Positions 23,223 through 37,586 of a DNA stretch of 64,000 nucleotides are shown here, one piece after another. Under the pieces are notes generated by a model. It was not told the origin of the DNA and did not search any database. It saw only the letters and a list, made by a program, of their open reading frames with translations. Positions within the stretch are counted from its first letter, which is position 1; each line of letters opens with the position of its first letter. Source of the stretch: Nemertoderma westbladi (taxonomy: Eukaryota > Animalia > Xenacoelomorpha); NCBI GenBank assembly GCA_032718475.1, contig JAUCBJ010007832.1:3715-67714 (forward strand). The letters are read 5' to 3'. The translations under genes were made by a program, and so were the position numbers.

Positions 23223-25299
23223 TTCGACTAGTTGCCAACTAACTTTCTAGGGATGCTTTGATGTATCTTTGAGACCCAGATACCATTTACCACCTATCAT
23301 TACCAGGATCCAAAATATTAAGTCAACACCAAAATCTGATCGGCGCATTTATAAAATAAATTATACGACCACCAAATAATATATTTTTATATTCCTCCAC
23401 AGCAACACCAACATGCACCATGTACCAGAAAACACTATGTTTATTGCAGAATCGTACCAGACTCCCTTTATTGTAAATGGGTCGTACCATCACACACCCT
23501 AAATCATCTATAATTCTTAGTCACCTTTGGCTTATCGAAAGGTGTCTTAAAATAATACTTACATATTAATTATGTCGAAACATACAAAATATTAAGTTCT
23601 AACATAGTTATTATTATTAAATAAGTTATTCGTTCTTATCATAATAGTTAATCAATTATTAATTGTGGATATGGGAAGGTATTGAACCATACAACAAACA
23701 CAAAATTTATTCATGTCAACCAAATCATCATGAAAATTCATATGTCCAACGATATGTCCATATGATCCACGACCTACGGATGCAGGAACTCGAGTTCATC
23801 GATTGCCAGATAGCCAGTTCCAACAGCTGGAATCATCACAATAAGGTCGCCAACATAACTGTTTGTTCTTGGGGGGGGGGGGGGGGGGTATTCAAAAAGC
23901 AACAAAACACACAATTTTAGCGCCAAAAAAGATGAAAATATGGCGAAATAAAAATAAAAATGGCGAAAAATTTTCAAAATAACGAGTTTTGATATTGGTT
24001 TCAAAATTTTGCCTGTACCAATTGATTCTTCAAACAATCAGATAAACTTTTTTTTTCTTTTAAAATTTTTTATGATGTTATAGCGTTTTCATTTGAAAAT
24101 TGTTGTTTTGAGAAAAATGGATTTAAATTTTATGAACATATTTCCAAAACTGTCTTGTCAGTCAAAATAGGAAATAGCACACCAACGAGATAAAATTTCC
24201 GCTAGGGAGGTTTTAAGGTCGCTGATTTCATTTCCGAAGTCAGCTTCATAATTGGACAGCGTCCTGTCTGTCTGAATTGCTGCCTGAACAGACCATGTAG
24301 ATGCCGTCAAAAAAGAAAACTGACATCGCAAATGAAATCACCAACCATGAAAACGCCGATAACAATGTAGTAGCTAGTTGGTATGCTTTCCTAGCACTTT
24401 GACAAGCAGATCACTGGACGGACACAAAAACCGACAGACAGACATACACATATAGTAGGAGGTGATTAGCAGTTTTTAGATTAGTAGTTTTCAGATTAGT
24501 AGTTAGTTAGGTGATATGCCTTCTTTATATTTTGACAGACAGGTTGTCAGACAGTACCATTTTAGATTTACACCATCTTAGTTTCTAATCCATTATTCTG
24601 GCGGATTAAATACATAGATAGTTTAGCCTCCCTATTTTAGAGTGGGGAGTCGGAATTGAGTTTGAGTGGATTGCGAGTTTTAATATTTAGTCACAAGTGT
24701 TTAGATATATGTCCTATGCGGTTGCACCAGTCGCAATACAGTTTATGTTATTCTTGTAACACATTAGGATTATTGGACGGAAGTTGCATATTTACTCATC
24801 CGTTATATGACATTATTCTATTGAAAAAAAAAGGACCAAAATTATAGAACATTTTTCTTACTTTTCCAACAAGTACATAGTACTCGTTGTCTATGGACAA
24901 AATGAATTAAACCCAAGCTGAGAATAACATGAACGACACAGGAGAAGAAAGAAGATACGAATGCATAGGAAGAAGAAGAGGCTTAAAAATTAATTTAATA
25001 ATTAACTAATTAATTTCCAAATTTAAAAAAAGACATCAAATTTAATTATATTATTGGATTTAAATTATAGTTGAAAATATATTAATGTTTAAGAATACGT
25101 AATAGATATGTAATATGATAGAATAGATATGTCCTATATACCATTACTCCGTAAAGGGTTAAAATGATTAAAAATATTGACTTTATTTATATGGCATTGC
25201 CACGGGCTATAGGATAGAATTATAGGGTGGGTGGGCGGAGTTCCCGGACAAAGTACCATATGATACATTGGTCGCTACTAGTACTAGTATCGGCATGCT

Positions 25300-28200
25300 G
25301 CATTGCAGCTGCATTTTTAAGAATGCTGTGCCGGCTTGTAGAAAAAATTGCGCCGCCACAACGCCCTAGCACCCATCACATATGCTAGATCATCCGCATC
25401 TTCAAGGCAGTGTCCTTTAAGATGCGTCTCAAGAAAGTCATGGGCTGTCCACCATGCTTATTCACTCCATGAGGCTGCCAAAGTACAAGATTATGCACTG
25501 GCTGGTCCTCACGGCGAAAGCAATGTCCTACAAAGCCGAGGCGATTTTGTTCTAGTTGCAAGCTGGGGGAACCAATGAGACACCTCCAATGTTATATAGT
25601 GTCTGGTTGGAGATGTGTGCATTGTACTTGACACAATGAACCCGGCGTAGCATTCTTGTGAATGTGCCATCCAGAGATTTGGTGTCCTCAGCAGTTAGAG
25701 CCCAGCATGGACTCCCGTAGAGGAGTACTGGAACTACTGCTGCTCTAAATAATCGGACCTTAAGTTTCCGATTAATTCTCGGTGACTTCCAAATCCTGGA
25801 GAGCCTATTCAAGGCTGCCCATGCCTTTCCCTTACGTATTCGAAGGTCCTCACCTGACTTCCGGATCCATGATCCCAGGTAACAGTAGTCGTCCACATGT
25901 TCAAGCATACCATCCTTTGAGATTATGCTCATCCGATCAGAGACTTGCTGAGGACTTTCAAAGTCAACTGTCAAAATTGTGGTCTTTCTGGAGTTAATAA
26001 AAAGACCAACACTAGAAGCAGCATGTTCTAGTGAGCTGAGGAGCCGTTGGGCTCACTCTAATGATTCTGAGAGTACTCCTAAGTCATCAGCAAAGTCTAG
26101 ATCAGTTAGGATAGGTACTTGGCAGGATTTCCTCGACTTCTGGAGTCAGTAGGTGGAGTTATCATCACCCCATCATCATTAAGATGATCTAAGGACATGC
26201 GTAGAACTTAGTCAACCACAATTATGAACAATAATGGTGCAAGTGTGTCTCCCTGGAGGACGCACCATAACACTTCAAATGGTTCTGTGTCACCATCAAC
26301 AGTAGACACAAATGTTGTCGAACCATCGTATACTGATCTGATTGCTGCAATAATTTCATCAGGAATCCCATATAATTGAAGTATGCTGAACATACGTGAT
26401 CGAGAGACTGAATCAAAGGCCTTGAAGAAGTCAACAAAGATAACAGCCAGATGCCTGTCTTTCTTTTTTGATAACTCTTCAATTATCCTTCTAAGTGCCA
26501 AAATGGGCTCCATGGTCCCACGACCTTTACGGAACCCATTCTGATTTCCACGGAGCAGTCTCTCAATGGGATTCCTGATGCGATTTAATAGAATTGTATT
26601 GTATCAGCCGCTGTAGTCTGTTTGAGTCGGGACTCTTTCTGCGCCTTGTAGAGGTCATTTCGGCACTTCAGAATTTTGTTGTCAGTCCAGGGGGCCCTTT
26701 TCCTGTTTCGAGGGTATACAGGAACTGTTTCTACAGCTGCTAACTTAACTGCTTCTGTGAAGGCAGTATAGCCCTCACAGTGATCTGCCGCCTCAGAGGC
26801 AAGAACCTCATACCTGTTGCTCAGCTGTAGTGTGAAGCTGGATCTCACACTTGGCTGTTGCAACAGAGAGGACCAGTCATGCCGCGGCAAGGTAGATTTC
26901 GTTGCTCTGCTAGCACGCAGACTAAGTCTTACCTTGGCCACAATAAGGCAGTGATCACTGGAGAAGGGTCGAAGTGTAAATGCATTACAGTCTTGTATAA
27001 AGCTCCTGTATTTCCTTCGAAACAGAATATGGTCTATCTGGGACTTGTGACCACTGGGTCCACTATGAGTCCATAGCTTTCCAGTTCGCTTCTTGAACTG
27101 GGTTCCAGCCGAAAACAATCCATTTCCAGAGATAAAATCCTGAAAATGGACGGAATTTCGGTTAACTCTATTGCTATAGACCCAGGGCGATGTAGGTGAT
27201 TGATGCAGACTTGCATTATAGTCTCAAAGGAATGTTAAGAATGCATGCAGATCCACTCCATCAGAAGCTGCTTGTAGATTGTGGTAGAAATTTTCCCCCT
27301 CCTCTACAGGGACAACACTAGTTGAAGAGTAGCACACAATCAGAACCACCTTAGGAAACTTCTTAGCCAGTCTTCCAGAACATGAGAAGTGGCAACGGAT
27401 GATGCGGTTAGAGATTTGGTCTATTTTGTCCAATGCTGCATGTGTAGTTGGATTCATCAATAGACCAATTCCACCACTGCTGACGCGAGGGCGAGTCGCC
27501 AACCGCCCCCCGTGTCCTTAATCAGAACCTCACCAGTCTGTCCAGTCTGCATTCCGTGCTCTTGAACACCCACTGCGCTAAGAGAAAGCTTATCTGCCAA
27601 GGCAGTCAGCTCACCTTGTCGCATTGGGGAACCGAGTGTTAGGGTGTTTACTGAGGCTAGTCTAGTAACTTGCCTCAGATTCACCAATGGCTTTGATGGT
27701 CGGGGTGGAACATGAGAGTAGCCTCCAACTCCAGAATCCCTCTCCCCCTCACAATCTGGCCTCCCTAGAGACCCAGGGTTTGGGCCTGAAAGGTCTTCAG
27801 GAAAGGGACTCAAAGAATTGTTGGCTGCTCTCTCTCCAGTAGGGGGTGAGACAGGCAGCCGGTCAGGAGATAACTGACGCCTGTGAGGCCGATTGTGTCC
27901 GGTAATTCCACTGGCCTCTAGTGGCCGGACCTCCGCATTACTAATGTAATCCATAGTGGGAGTTGGGGGTGCTTTTTTGCCGAGTCTGCTCTCGGGGCAA
28001 ATACCACACCCTGGTTTGCCATTCCACAGGGTGGGTGTCGCAGTGGAGTCAGATATGAGGCCCATCACCCATATCTACTCTGGCGCGCATGACCCACCAT
28101 TGGCTGTGCAGCTCATCTGCCGGGTCATGCCCTGTGCCCCTGCTGCCAGGTGCAGGTCGCAGTGAAGTGCACTCAGAGTGGACATGAGAACACTCTACTC

Positions 28201-28430
28201 CTGACCAGCCATTGGTAGATCACCATCTGCCTGGCCAGACCATATACCCCTGCAGCCAAGTATATGGGTCCTTAATCCAGGACCAAGGGCGTCCTTATCC
28301 CAGAACGAAGGGGGTCCTAGTTACAGGACCAAATTCGTCCTAGTAAGAAGGTCTATGCAGCTACAGGTGGCACCTCCTTTATGCTGCATGGAGGTGGCAA
28401 GTTTTCTTGATCAATGACCTAGAATACCTG
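25300..28430 (-). mobile_element. Decayed RTE-clade non-LTR retrotransposon (APE endonuclease + RT)
   Basis: APE motifs (SVNTLTL, GVQEH, QIDHIL, SDH); RT motifs (QNGFR, FVDFFKAFDSV, VLQGDTLAPLLF, LDFADDL, YLGSWI); stops, frameshifts and an internal deletion; ends approximate. Confidence 0.85.
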
Positions 28431-28499
28431 ACCTGACCTGAATTACATTGGTCGCGGCAGATGGCTCAGGCGAAAATCAAGTACTTTTGAGTAATAACT

Positions 28500-29115
28500 A
28501 TTTACATACTTGTGTGCAAAGTAGCACTTTACATTGTGTTGATCCGAGTGCTTTGTTACACGAACGAACGTAGTGAGTGAGCGAAAATAAAGTAACGAAG
28601 TTCAGAACACTGTAAAGTACTTTTAACAAGTATAGGCCTACATACAGTATGTATGTACTTTTATTCCAAAATTGTAACATTACGAAATGATTGTATATAT
28701 ATTTTAAGTGATAGAAACTGCACAAATTAAGTTAGTTGCTGTAAAAATAAATGTAAAAATGACATAAATTATGTTATAAAAAAAGTTAGCTTATATTTAT
28801 GGTGGCGTTTGGAGCCAAGTAATAGTTTATAGCGACTGGTTATTAATAGCTACCGGTAGGTAATGAAGTTGGCCTATCTGGCTGTCAGGCAATTAATAAT
28901 AAATACCAACTATTGTTTATGTGGTAACCATGGCGATCCCAAGTTTCAGGTTCACTTTCATTGAACGGATGCACTGTAAAGTCGCTCTGTTGGGACATTA
29001 CAACATAATAATATATCACTAATGCACAGGCTATAATGTCCTCTAAAGTTGTAAAGTGCTAAAATAACAACTCGCTCTTAATACAAATGGCATTGAGTAA
29101 TATTAAAATTTTGGA
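28500..29115. repeat. Uninterrupted, inverted relative of the repeat that hosts LTR element 1
   Basis: Reverse-complement similarity to 5640-6010 and 18520-18630, e.g. TAATGAAGTTGGCCTATCTGGCTGTCAGGCAA. Confidence 0.7.
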
Positions 29116-30121
29116 AAAAATAATTATTATAATCAAATTACCACGCAGCATAATCTAGACAAAGATAATGTTTCTATTATTTCGATGACCTTGGAGGTTG
29201 GTAGACAGGTAAATAATTAAACTATTTCGCAGGCGCAGCAAGTGTATGATAAAATTCAGAATGCAGTTAGTTATCCAAATATATTCCACACAAAGTAGGC
29301 CTAATAGAGCGTGAACTTATAGGAATATCGGAGCAATCATCAGTATCATCCAATCAAATCGTGGGAATTTCTTTGCAATGAATTTGTAAACCATTTTATT
29401 GGCTCCTATAAACCGTGATTTACGATATGAAAAATAACTTCAGTAAACCTCAGATGTTTGTTTCTCAATAAGAACACAAAATATACAACACTAAGCCGTT
29501 TGTTTACTCCGGAATAATTGGAAATCATTTGCTACACACTCTGTGGATAACAATATAGTTAGTGTTTGATATTCACTACATTACTATATGGACTGGCATA
29601 ATCTTTTAGGCTCGTTTAGACAAGGAATGCCTGTTCACCACAATTAATAGGTGATTGATCACCCACATTAAACCCTTCCACTCTAATTGATAAATTGATG
29701 GGATAAAAAATTGAAACTAGTCCAACTTCTGTAGGTAGCACCACCAGTATTTTTTAACATACTTATTATAGAATCGTCAGCCTATACATACAGTAAACCA
29801 GTAGGCCCTAGTCTATTTGATCAGTCCTCACTCACAATGTTTCGTTTTAAAATACTGAAATTCTTCAATAATTTCCCCTAAACTGCATACATAACAATAA
29901 TATATTAAAATTAAATAAATAGGTAAAATAGATAAAATGAGGGCCAGTTGAATGACTGAAGTGCAAAACACGGAATAGAAGTAGCTCCCGCCTTCAAGTA
30001 GCAGCTATCGAAAAATGTGCTTACGCGTCGCATCCGGTTTCGGTTTCCGACTGTTTGCTTTCTTGAATTTAATTAAAAGTTTTAAAAAATACATTTGAAT
30101 GGATGCATCATTGGTTAGTTA

Positions 30122-30378
30122 TGCCAAGGAATGCCTATTCACCACCATGGGTGATCTTCCACAGTAAAACTCTTCCACTGTAAAATCTGACACTTCGGTT
30201 CTTTCTTCCAAGTTGCCTTGGTTCCCATTTATCGACAAGTGAAGGATGAAAGCATGGGTTGGGCTAGGCTGCAGCATTTAAAGCACTGTGCCCAAACAGT
30301 TGCTGACCCGTCTATGGATTGAACCAGGGCTTTCTATTTAGAAACCCAGGAACGTCACCACTAGACCAAGCTGCTGCT
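30122..30378 (-). mobile_element. tRNA-derived SINE, copy A
   Basis: Minus-strand A-box TGGTCTAGTGG and B-box GGTTCAATCC; similar to 30556-30803. Confidence 0.7.
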
Positions 30379-30555
30379 GATATTGAATTCAATATGTAAT
30401 TTTTTGAAACTTGCACAGAATGTTGGTAACAATTTCGCGGTTTCGCCGACATTTTTAATATAGTGGTATATCCGGAAAAAGTTCCAGTTTCACATAGCAA
30501 CGGAAAAACTCGTAATTATAGAATTCATTATATTTTGAATGGAATGGGAGAATCT

Positions 30556-30803
30556 TTTAGGCTCGATTAAGCCAAGGAATGCCTGTTCACCACCATGGGT
30601 GATCTTCCACAGTAAACCCTTCCACTCTGTTTCCCAAGTTGCCTTGGTTCCCATTTATCGACCACTGAAGGATGAAAGCCGGGGTTGGGCTAGGCTGCAG
30701 CATTTAAAGCACTGTGCCCAAACAGTGCTGCCCCATCTAGGGATCGAACCCGGGCTCCCTAATCGGAAGCACAGTAATGTCACCACTAGACCAAGCTGCT
30801 CAA
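30556..30803 (-). mobile_element. tRNA-derived SINE, copy B
   Basis: A-box TGGTCTAGTGG, B-box GGTTCGATCC, central TTTCATCCTTCAGTGGTCGATAAATG; a partial tail is also at about 29600-29680. Confidence 0.75.
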
Positions 30804-31009
30804 CCAAGCTGATTATATTTTAATAAAGCTCTAATACAAAAACTACAAATGCTATCAACATGGGCGTTACTCCAACTCATTATGTGATAATTTTGCTATC
30901 CTCCTAGGTCACTGGGAAGTTTTCGGATCACCATGGGAACAGGATAAACAACCGAGTCATTTATCGAGTTTTAAATAATCACAGGAAAGTAAGACTTTGT
31001 GAATAATAA

Positions 31010-33050
31010 ACTTAGTCTTCAGGAGCCTGGAGAGATCTGATTTCCAGATGGTATCCATTTTTGATAGAGCTACCCAAGCCTTTGCTTTCCTAACGTCCTA
31101 ATGTCCTTTTTGCTTCTCTCTATCCATGATCCAAAGTCATCGACCTTCCTTAGTTGATTATTATCAATGGTTGTCAAGTTTCCATCAACATTAAAGGTCA
31201 TGAATTCAGTCTTGGTAGCATTTATATGCAATCCAACCTCCTTAGAAGCCCTGCCACTTTATTTAGTAGAAGCTGTGCATCTGCTAGCGTATTAGTGAGC
31301 AGGGCGATGTCATCCGCAAAGTCGGTGTCTGTGACTGTAGTTCCCAGATCCCAGATCTTCACCCGTTGTGGCTGTTCTCATTGGGTAATCCAGCACGATT
31401 ACAAATAGTAATGGTGCTAATGTGTCAACTTGCAGTACACCAGCCAGGATTGAGTACCTGCGCTTCTATGTCACAATATAACAATCCAATGCCAGCAAAA
31501 ATTACTTCAGGTATTCCATAAGCTCTTAGGATTTCAAGCATTTTACCTCTATGGATGGAGTCGAATGCCTTTTTGAAGTCCACAAAACTCATGACTGCGG
31601 CGAGATTCTTTGACTTAATTCCTTCAATTAGTCTCCGGAGTGCAAGTATCTGAGCTATTGTTGATCTACTTGGTTGAAATCCGTTTTGACTCTTATGCAG
31701 TAGTTTCTCTATGTGAGGCCTAATCCTATATAGAATCATTTGATTGTATATTTTGGCAGCTACCACAAGCAGACAGATCCCACGATAGTTTGTTGGTATG
31801 CCGAGGTCTCCTTTCTTGGGGAGAGGCTTTAGTTGACCTTTAGTCCAAATTGGTGGTGGCTTTTCCCCGTTTAAAATCCGGTTGCAAACATTCAATAATG
31901 GTCTGTTTAGCACTCCTGTTTTCCATACCTCCGCTGGGATTTCATCTAATCCACTCGCTATATTATTGGACATGCTTTTAATGCTTCTCTGGAGTTCGGC
32001 AAGTGTGATTCCCCTGTTTCTATAGGTAGTGTCTTGTCATATATTTTCCTTGTAGGGCTGACCTAGATGTTTGGTGGCTGCCCCAGCAAGTTGCTGAAGT
32101 GATTTTTCCACTTCCCCACACGTTCTTCGGGACTATCGGCTTTGAGGCGCCCCTTTGCACAACTTTTCCGACCAGATACCTCATTTACAGTTTGCCAGGT
32201 AAGTCTTGATTGTTGCTGTATGTGAGCAGTTGTAATTGCTTCAGTTTTATCCTGTATGTACTTTTCCTGGCTGATGTTGTAGGCCAATTTAAGATCGTCC
32301 TTAGCTTTCTCAACCTTGTTAATGTTTTCGGTTGTTGGTTGTTCGGTTTTAACTTTGTAGGCTATATTAAGATCTTCTATCTTACAAGTAACCTCAGAGT
32401 TTTGCCATGGCACATACTGTTTTCGTTTGGGTTTCTGGGGGATATGCCTCTTAGCTGATTCCTTGTGGGCTGTTATTATAATATTCTGGTATATTGAATC
32501 AGTGGACTGGTCTTCATCCATTGACTGAAGTGCTTCAAAGCGGTTTTGAACTTCTACTGTGTAAGCATCCTTTACTGCATTGTCAGTTCTGAGTTTCTCC
32601 CAGTCATAGTTGATTTGCTTGCTTTGCCTGGGTTTGCTGGCTCTCAAACTGAGTCTGTTCTCTGCAGTCACAATTCTGTGGTCCGAACCAATTAGGTTGA
32701 ACGAGCTGTATGCCTCGCAGTTGATCATGCTGTTTCTCCACTTTTTGTTTATGAGGATGTAATCCAGTTGAGCTTTGGTTCCATTAGGGTATTGAAAGGT
32801 CCATAGCTTCCCCTTCCCTTACTCTTTTCGAATGTGGTGTTTGTTGGTATCAATTCACATTCTTCCATTAGGTCTAAAAGTAAGTACCCATTTCTGTTAG
32901 AATTGGTGTTATAGGTGTAACCCTTGATGTCTTCTGGGCCAATTTGCACATTCAGGTCACCAGCATTGACTTTAACATTGTGTTTCGGAATGTCCTTTAT
33001 AAGTCCAGTTAGATCTTCATAAAACTTGACTGCTTGTTCCGGCTCTGAGG
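31010..33050 (-). mobile_element. Truncated, decayed RTE-like LINE (APE C-half + RT)
   Basis: GDLNVQIG, QLDYI, GSDHRIV, NYRGICLL, QNGF, FVDFKKAFDSI, DFADDIAL. Confidence 0.85.
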
Positions 33051-34097
33051 TATACTTTATAATTATATAGTTTATATAGTTTAGTATACTACAGTATACT
33101 AAATATGTTATGTCAGTGTTTCACTGTCATTCCCGTAATTTATAGTCTTTTTCTAGTCTTTTCAAGGAAACTTATGAAAAATAAGGCTGGGGTTCTGGGG
33201 TTGATTAGGTACAGTTAGCCTAGGCTGAGTGTGAGTCGGTCATTGTGGAAAGGTACCAAGTGCGAACGGGTGGTAATCCTACCTGGAACTTTAGGCATTC
33301 AATGGGACCTCGTTGAATGAAAAATGGTTACCTTAGAAGTTATAAATTACCTTAAAAGTTGTAAAAATACATTTTCATGCTCGTAAATAATGAAAGGGTG
33401 TTTTTTTCATTTAGAAAGCCGTTTAAGTTCTATATTCATTATACCTTTCGAAGAGTCCGTTATTGGTTACGATAACAATTATGACAATAACATTACCAAT
33501 AATCTGCCTGCAGAATACATTGTTACTAAAGTAGAAAAGTTAATTGAGAGTTTTGATCATAATTTGAATCAAAATTTTCCCTCCAGTTCCTTTAACAAGA
33601 AAAATATAAGCATTTTAATTGTATTTAAACAACAAAAACTTTAAACGCATTTATCTCAAAATAACAATTTTTTTCGTTGGCCCTTTTTACTACGGTGACC
33701 ATCACCACTGATGTAGAGTACTCCATCCCAATAAATGGCTTAAGTTTACCAAAGCTGTATTAAATATGGTCGCGGTCGTAGGCCGGCCTAATTAGTTACA
33801 TACTGTATTTCAATGATATTTAAGATTGCATGATCTACTGTACGTAAAAATAAAGTAGAAAACAGGCAATACAGCAGTAATGCATGGCTTACTTTTCACT
33901 TTCGCAATTTATCAACCATTGGGCAAAATATTTTGAAATTATATTGGTTTCCTAAACAACATTTAGATTTTATAAATTTTTTCTGACAGTTAGAAACTTT
34001 TCACAGTGAACAATTTGAAAAAAAAAAACCCTGTGTACATATAATTCACCAAAATTTAATGAACAGGAAAGGTGTAATCGTGTTACATTAAGGAATT

Positions 34098-35201
34098 GAT
34101 TGTCAGCCAGTCGGACGGTGCCATATGTCTGGTGGTTGGTCGGGGATCCTAATTGTCAGCCAGTCGGGCCGTGCAATATGTCTGGTGGTTGGTCGGGGAT
34201 CCTAATTGTCAGCCAGTCGGGCGGTGAAATATGTCTGGTGGTTGGTCGGGGATCCTAATTGTCAGCCAGTCGGGCGGTGCAATATGTCTGGTGGTTGGTC
34301 GGGGATCCTAATTGTCAGCCAGTCGGGCCGTGCAATATGTCTGGTGGTTGGTCGGGGATCCTAATTGTCAGCCAGTCGGGCCGTGCAATATGTCTGGTGG
34401 TTGGTAGGGGATCCTAATTGTCAGCCAGTCGGGCGGTGCAATATGTCTGGTGGTTGGTCGGGGATCCTAATTGTCAGCCAGTCGGGCCTTGCAATATGTC
34501 TGGTGGTTGGTCCGGGGATCCTAATTGTCAGCCAGTCGGGCCGTGCAATATATCTGGTGGTTGGTAGGGGATCCTAATTGTCAGCCAGTCGGGCGGTGAA
34601 ATATGTCTGGTGGTTGGTCGGGGATCCTAATTGTCAGCCAGTCGGGCCGTGCAATATGTCTGTTGGTTGGTCGGGGATCCTAATTGTCAGCCAGTCGGGC
34701 CGTGCAATATGTCTGGTGGTTGGTCGGGGATCCTAATTGTCAGCCAGTCGGGCGGTGAAATATGTCTGGTGGTTGGTCGGGGATCCTAATTGTCAGCCAG
34801 TCGGGCCTTGCAATATGTCTGGTGGTTGGTCGGGGATCCTAATTGTCAGCCAGTCGGGCGGTGAAATATGTCTGGTGGTTGGTCGGGGATCCTAATTGTC
34901 AGCCAGTCGGGCGGTGCAATATGTCTGGTGGTTGGTCGGGGATCCTAATTGTCAGCCAGTCGGGCCGTGCAATATGTCTGGTGGTTGGTCGGGGATCCTA
35001 ATTGTCAGCCAGTCGGGCGGTGAAATATGTCTGGTGGTTGGTCGGGGATCCTAATTGTCAGCCAGTCGGGCGGTGCAATATGTCTGGTGGTTGGTCGGGG
35101 ATCCTAATTGTCAGCCAGTCGGGCCGTGCAATATGTCTGGTGGTTGGTCCGGGGATCCTAATTGTCAGCCAGTCGGGCCGTGCAATATGTCTGGTGGTTG
35201 G
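34098..35201. repeat. 53-bp GC-rich minisatellite (about 21 copies)
   Basis: Unit GGGGATCCTAATTGTCAGCCAGTCGGGCCGTGCAATATGTCTGGTGGTTGGTC; no unique spacers. Confidence 0.95.
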
Positions 35202-35757
35202 ACAAAACAGCATTCTGAGTCTGTACTGTGCTTCTCTGTTGGTAGATATATCTAAGTGTTTGAGTTTGATAAAGGCCTGTTGGCTGAAATATTACTCAGT
35301 AAACCACCATTTTTCTGTCACCTTAATTGGTCTCTGAATCTAAACCTAGTATATTATGCTTAACGCGGTGACAAGGGCACGTTCTCACTTACTAAACAAT
35401 TAAAGGGTTTAGTTTGTGTGATATGGTAAACTTAAATCTAATCACCCATCCAATGCCTCACACAACAGGAAGTATGGGTAGAATGTACTTATTGAATGAA
35501 CCACACCCTATTTCAAAAACAATTTATGTGACAGAGGTACTAAATATAATGACAAGTTTATCGATTGTGGTGCTAATGAGGCCCTTATCTGTCGGTCGTC
35601 AACAAGGGAAATAATTCATTTGAAAATAATCAAAAAACGCTTCCGCCTCCGCCTCCGCCTCCAGCAACTTTGTAAAATATTTTTTTGAAGCACTGGAATC
35701 GAATATTTACTCATTTACACCATGTCCCAGAATATAGTGTCGTAATCCAATGATACG

Positions 35758-35758
<1 letters not shown>

Positions 35759-35793
<35 letters not shown>

Positions 35794-35817
35794 ACCCACC
35801 CCCCCCCCCCCCTCCCC
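35759..35817. repeat. Poly-C tract
   Basis: Direct reading of the sequence. Confidence 0.9.
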
Positions 35818-36310
35818 AAACTTTTCTACAAATCTTAATGAGATTTTATGAAATTCGAAACAGAGATAGTTTCACCTCCCGACCACTGACTGGGTGAGCC
35901 GGAATTTAAATTTTTGTTTTCAATCTTTAGTTACAAGCGTTTAAAAAAAGTGTCTCCGGCGATAGTGCACCAGTCCCACTTTGTTATTCAACTCTTATAG
36001 TGATTTGTTGGTACTGATAGAAAGCTGGCTTTGGAAGGATTCCAAATAAGTCAACAAATTTGAATTTAGTTGAGAAATAGCTAATTTAAGATAATGAGCG
36101 TTCAAAAATTGCACGGTTTTGATAAGCGCGGCTATTTTACTCTATTATTATTATATTTTACTCTACGAAATTGTCCGAAAGATCTCTAGAAAATTTCCTT
36201 ACATTTCCTGACTCACATCCCTAATCTTCATACATTATATACACAACATTATTTTGAATAGTAAATGCTTTGATATTATTTAATTGCATATTATTTAAAA
36301 AATACTCAGT

Positions 36311-37265
36311 TTATTTATCATTTAACAAAGTAATCTGATGAAGAATGTTTCGAGCCAGGTTGTTGTCAACAAACATTACCTCGGCATTCTCGCCAATTGA
36401 GATAACTGGAGGATCCTCTAGTATAGGCCTACATCCGTTATCTTCATCTCCAACTCCTGAAGTCTCAACAGCTGAAGCATCCAACGTAAACATTTGAGGA
36501 TCTGGAACCACAAGATTCAATCGTCTCATCTCTTCTTTGGCCTTTAACGTCTTAAGGCAAATTAAATACCGGTTTTCTTTTATCATTAACAACTGCTGTT
36601 GAACCAATTGAAGATCTAGAGCGGTCTCCGTTGATTTGACCCCGGCGGAACAAATGCGTTTGGCCGCAATAGATTCGGATGTGTGATCTATGATCGATCT
36701 ACCAGGATCGGTTCCTGTACTAACTGGAGCTGGAGGTATCGGAATATTTTCTTTTTCGCGAATATCATTACCAGTAGTGTTAGATCCACCACACTCCGCC
36801 CCAGATCCTATACCAAAAATTACATCGCCACTTGAACCGTGAATTATTTCGAACATCTTCATGACATAAACGGGGGGTTGCGGAACCGGTGGTCCACCTC
36901 CGGTTCGATGGTATTTTAGTGCATTAGCGTAAGTGCGAACAACTTGTTTTGTGTTTTCTATCTTTTTTATTAGTTCGTCTTTCGATCGAGGAGCCTCCAC
37001 CCCCGAAGCGTTAAAACGATTTAGCATGGCCTGCCATGCACGCACGCTCCTTCGTTTCCGGAGTTATGTTTTTCGTTTTATTAAAAGAACCACTAACGAG
37101 GCCATGGTACTTCTCGTACACTGTCACGAGCTGACAGGCGTCATTCACTGTCCAATTTTTCGACCTTTTTCGGCTCTTCTGCTTTGACTCAGCAATATTA
37201 GGCCTAATAGTACAACCGGTGTCCGTATCGTTAAAATAAATATTTCTGTCTGCATCCATCTCCAT
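36311..37265 (-). pseudogene. PIF/Harbinger Myb/SANT-like DNA-binding protein gene, frameshifted
   Basis: RKRSKNWTVNDACQLV...K(E)RAWQAM..RFNA..PRSKDELIKKIEN...RTGGGPP; ORFs 37011..37280 and 36311..37045 are joined if a 4-bp duplication (GCAC, about 37040) is removed. Confidence 0.75.
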
Positions 37266-37586
37266 TTCAACAGGCAGCAAGAATATACAAGTTCAACGTG
37301 ATAGTGCTGAACTGGGTAGAGGATATACCGTAATACTTTTCCTGTAGGCCTACTGCTGTAGAATCTTGATTGAACTGTTAGCTACCGGTAACTACTGAAC
37401 TAAACTTTCAGTTTTGGATAAATTCCACCTTAAATTATTAAAGTGGCCACTTAGTTAAGTGCTCATTATCTTTTTATGAGAAATAACACTTAACTTAAAC
37501 TAAGTGGTCATTTAACAAAATGGGCATTTAAAATTATTAAGTGGCCATTTTAGGATAAGTGGGCACTTAGTTTGAGAAACCGGGCC
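36311..37586 (-). mobile_element. One-ended Harbinger transposon remnant
   Basis: Harbinger-like terminus GGCCCGGTTTCTCAAA (minus strand, 37586-37571) with subterminal TTAAGTGG repeats upstream of the Myb/SANT gene; no transposase or second TIR seen. Confidence 0.6.

Noticed and set aside
30730-30803. Functional tRNA gene (also the tRNA-like fragment at about 20857-20910)
   Set aside because: A and B boxes are present but I found no convincing acceptor stem, and it continues into a repeated SINE body
35255-35300. Hammerhead-ribozyme-like motif (TTGATAA-AGGCC..GGCT-GAAA)
   Set aside because: The core deviates from CUGANGA, and I could not build stems I and III
34098-35337. CRISPR array or coding repeat
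   Set aside because: No spacers; the 53-bp unit shifts frame and contains stops
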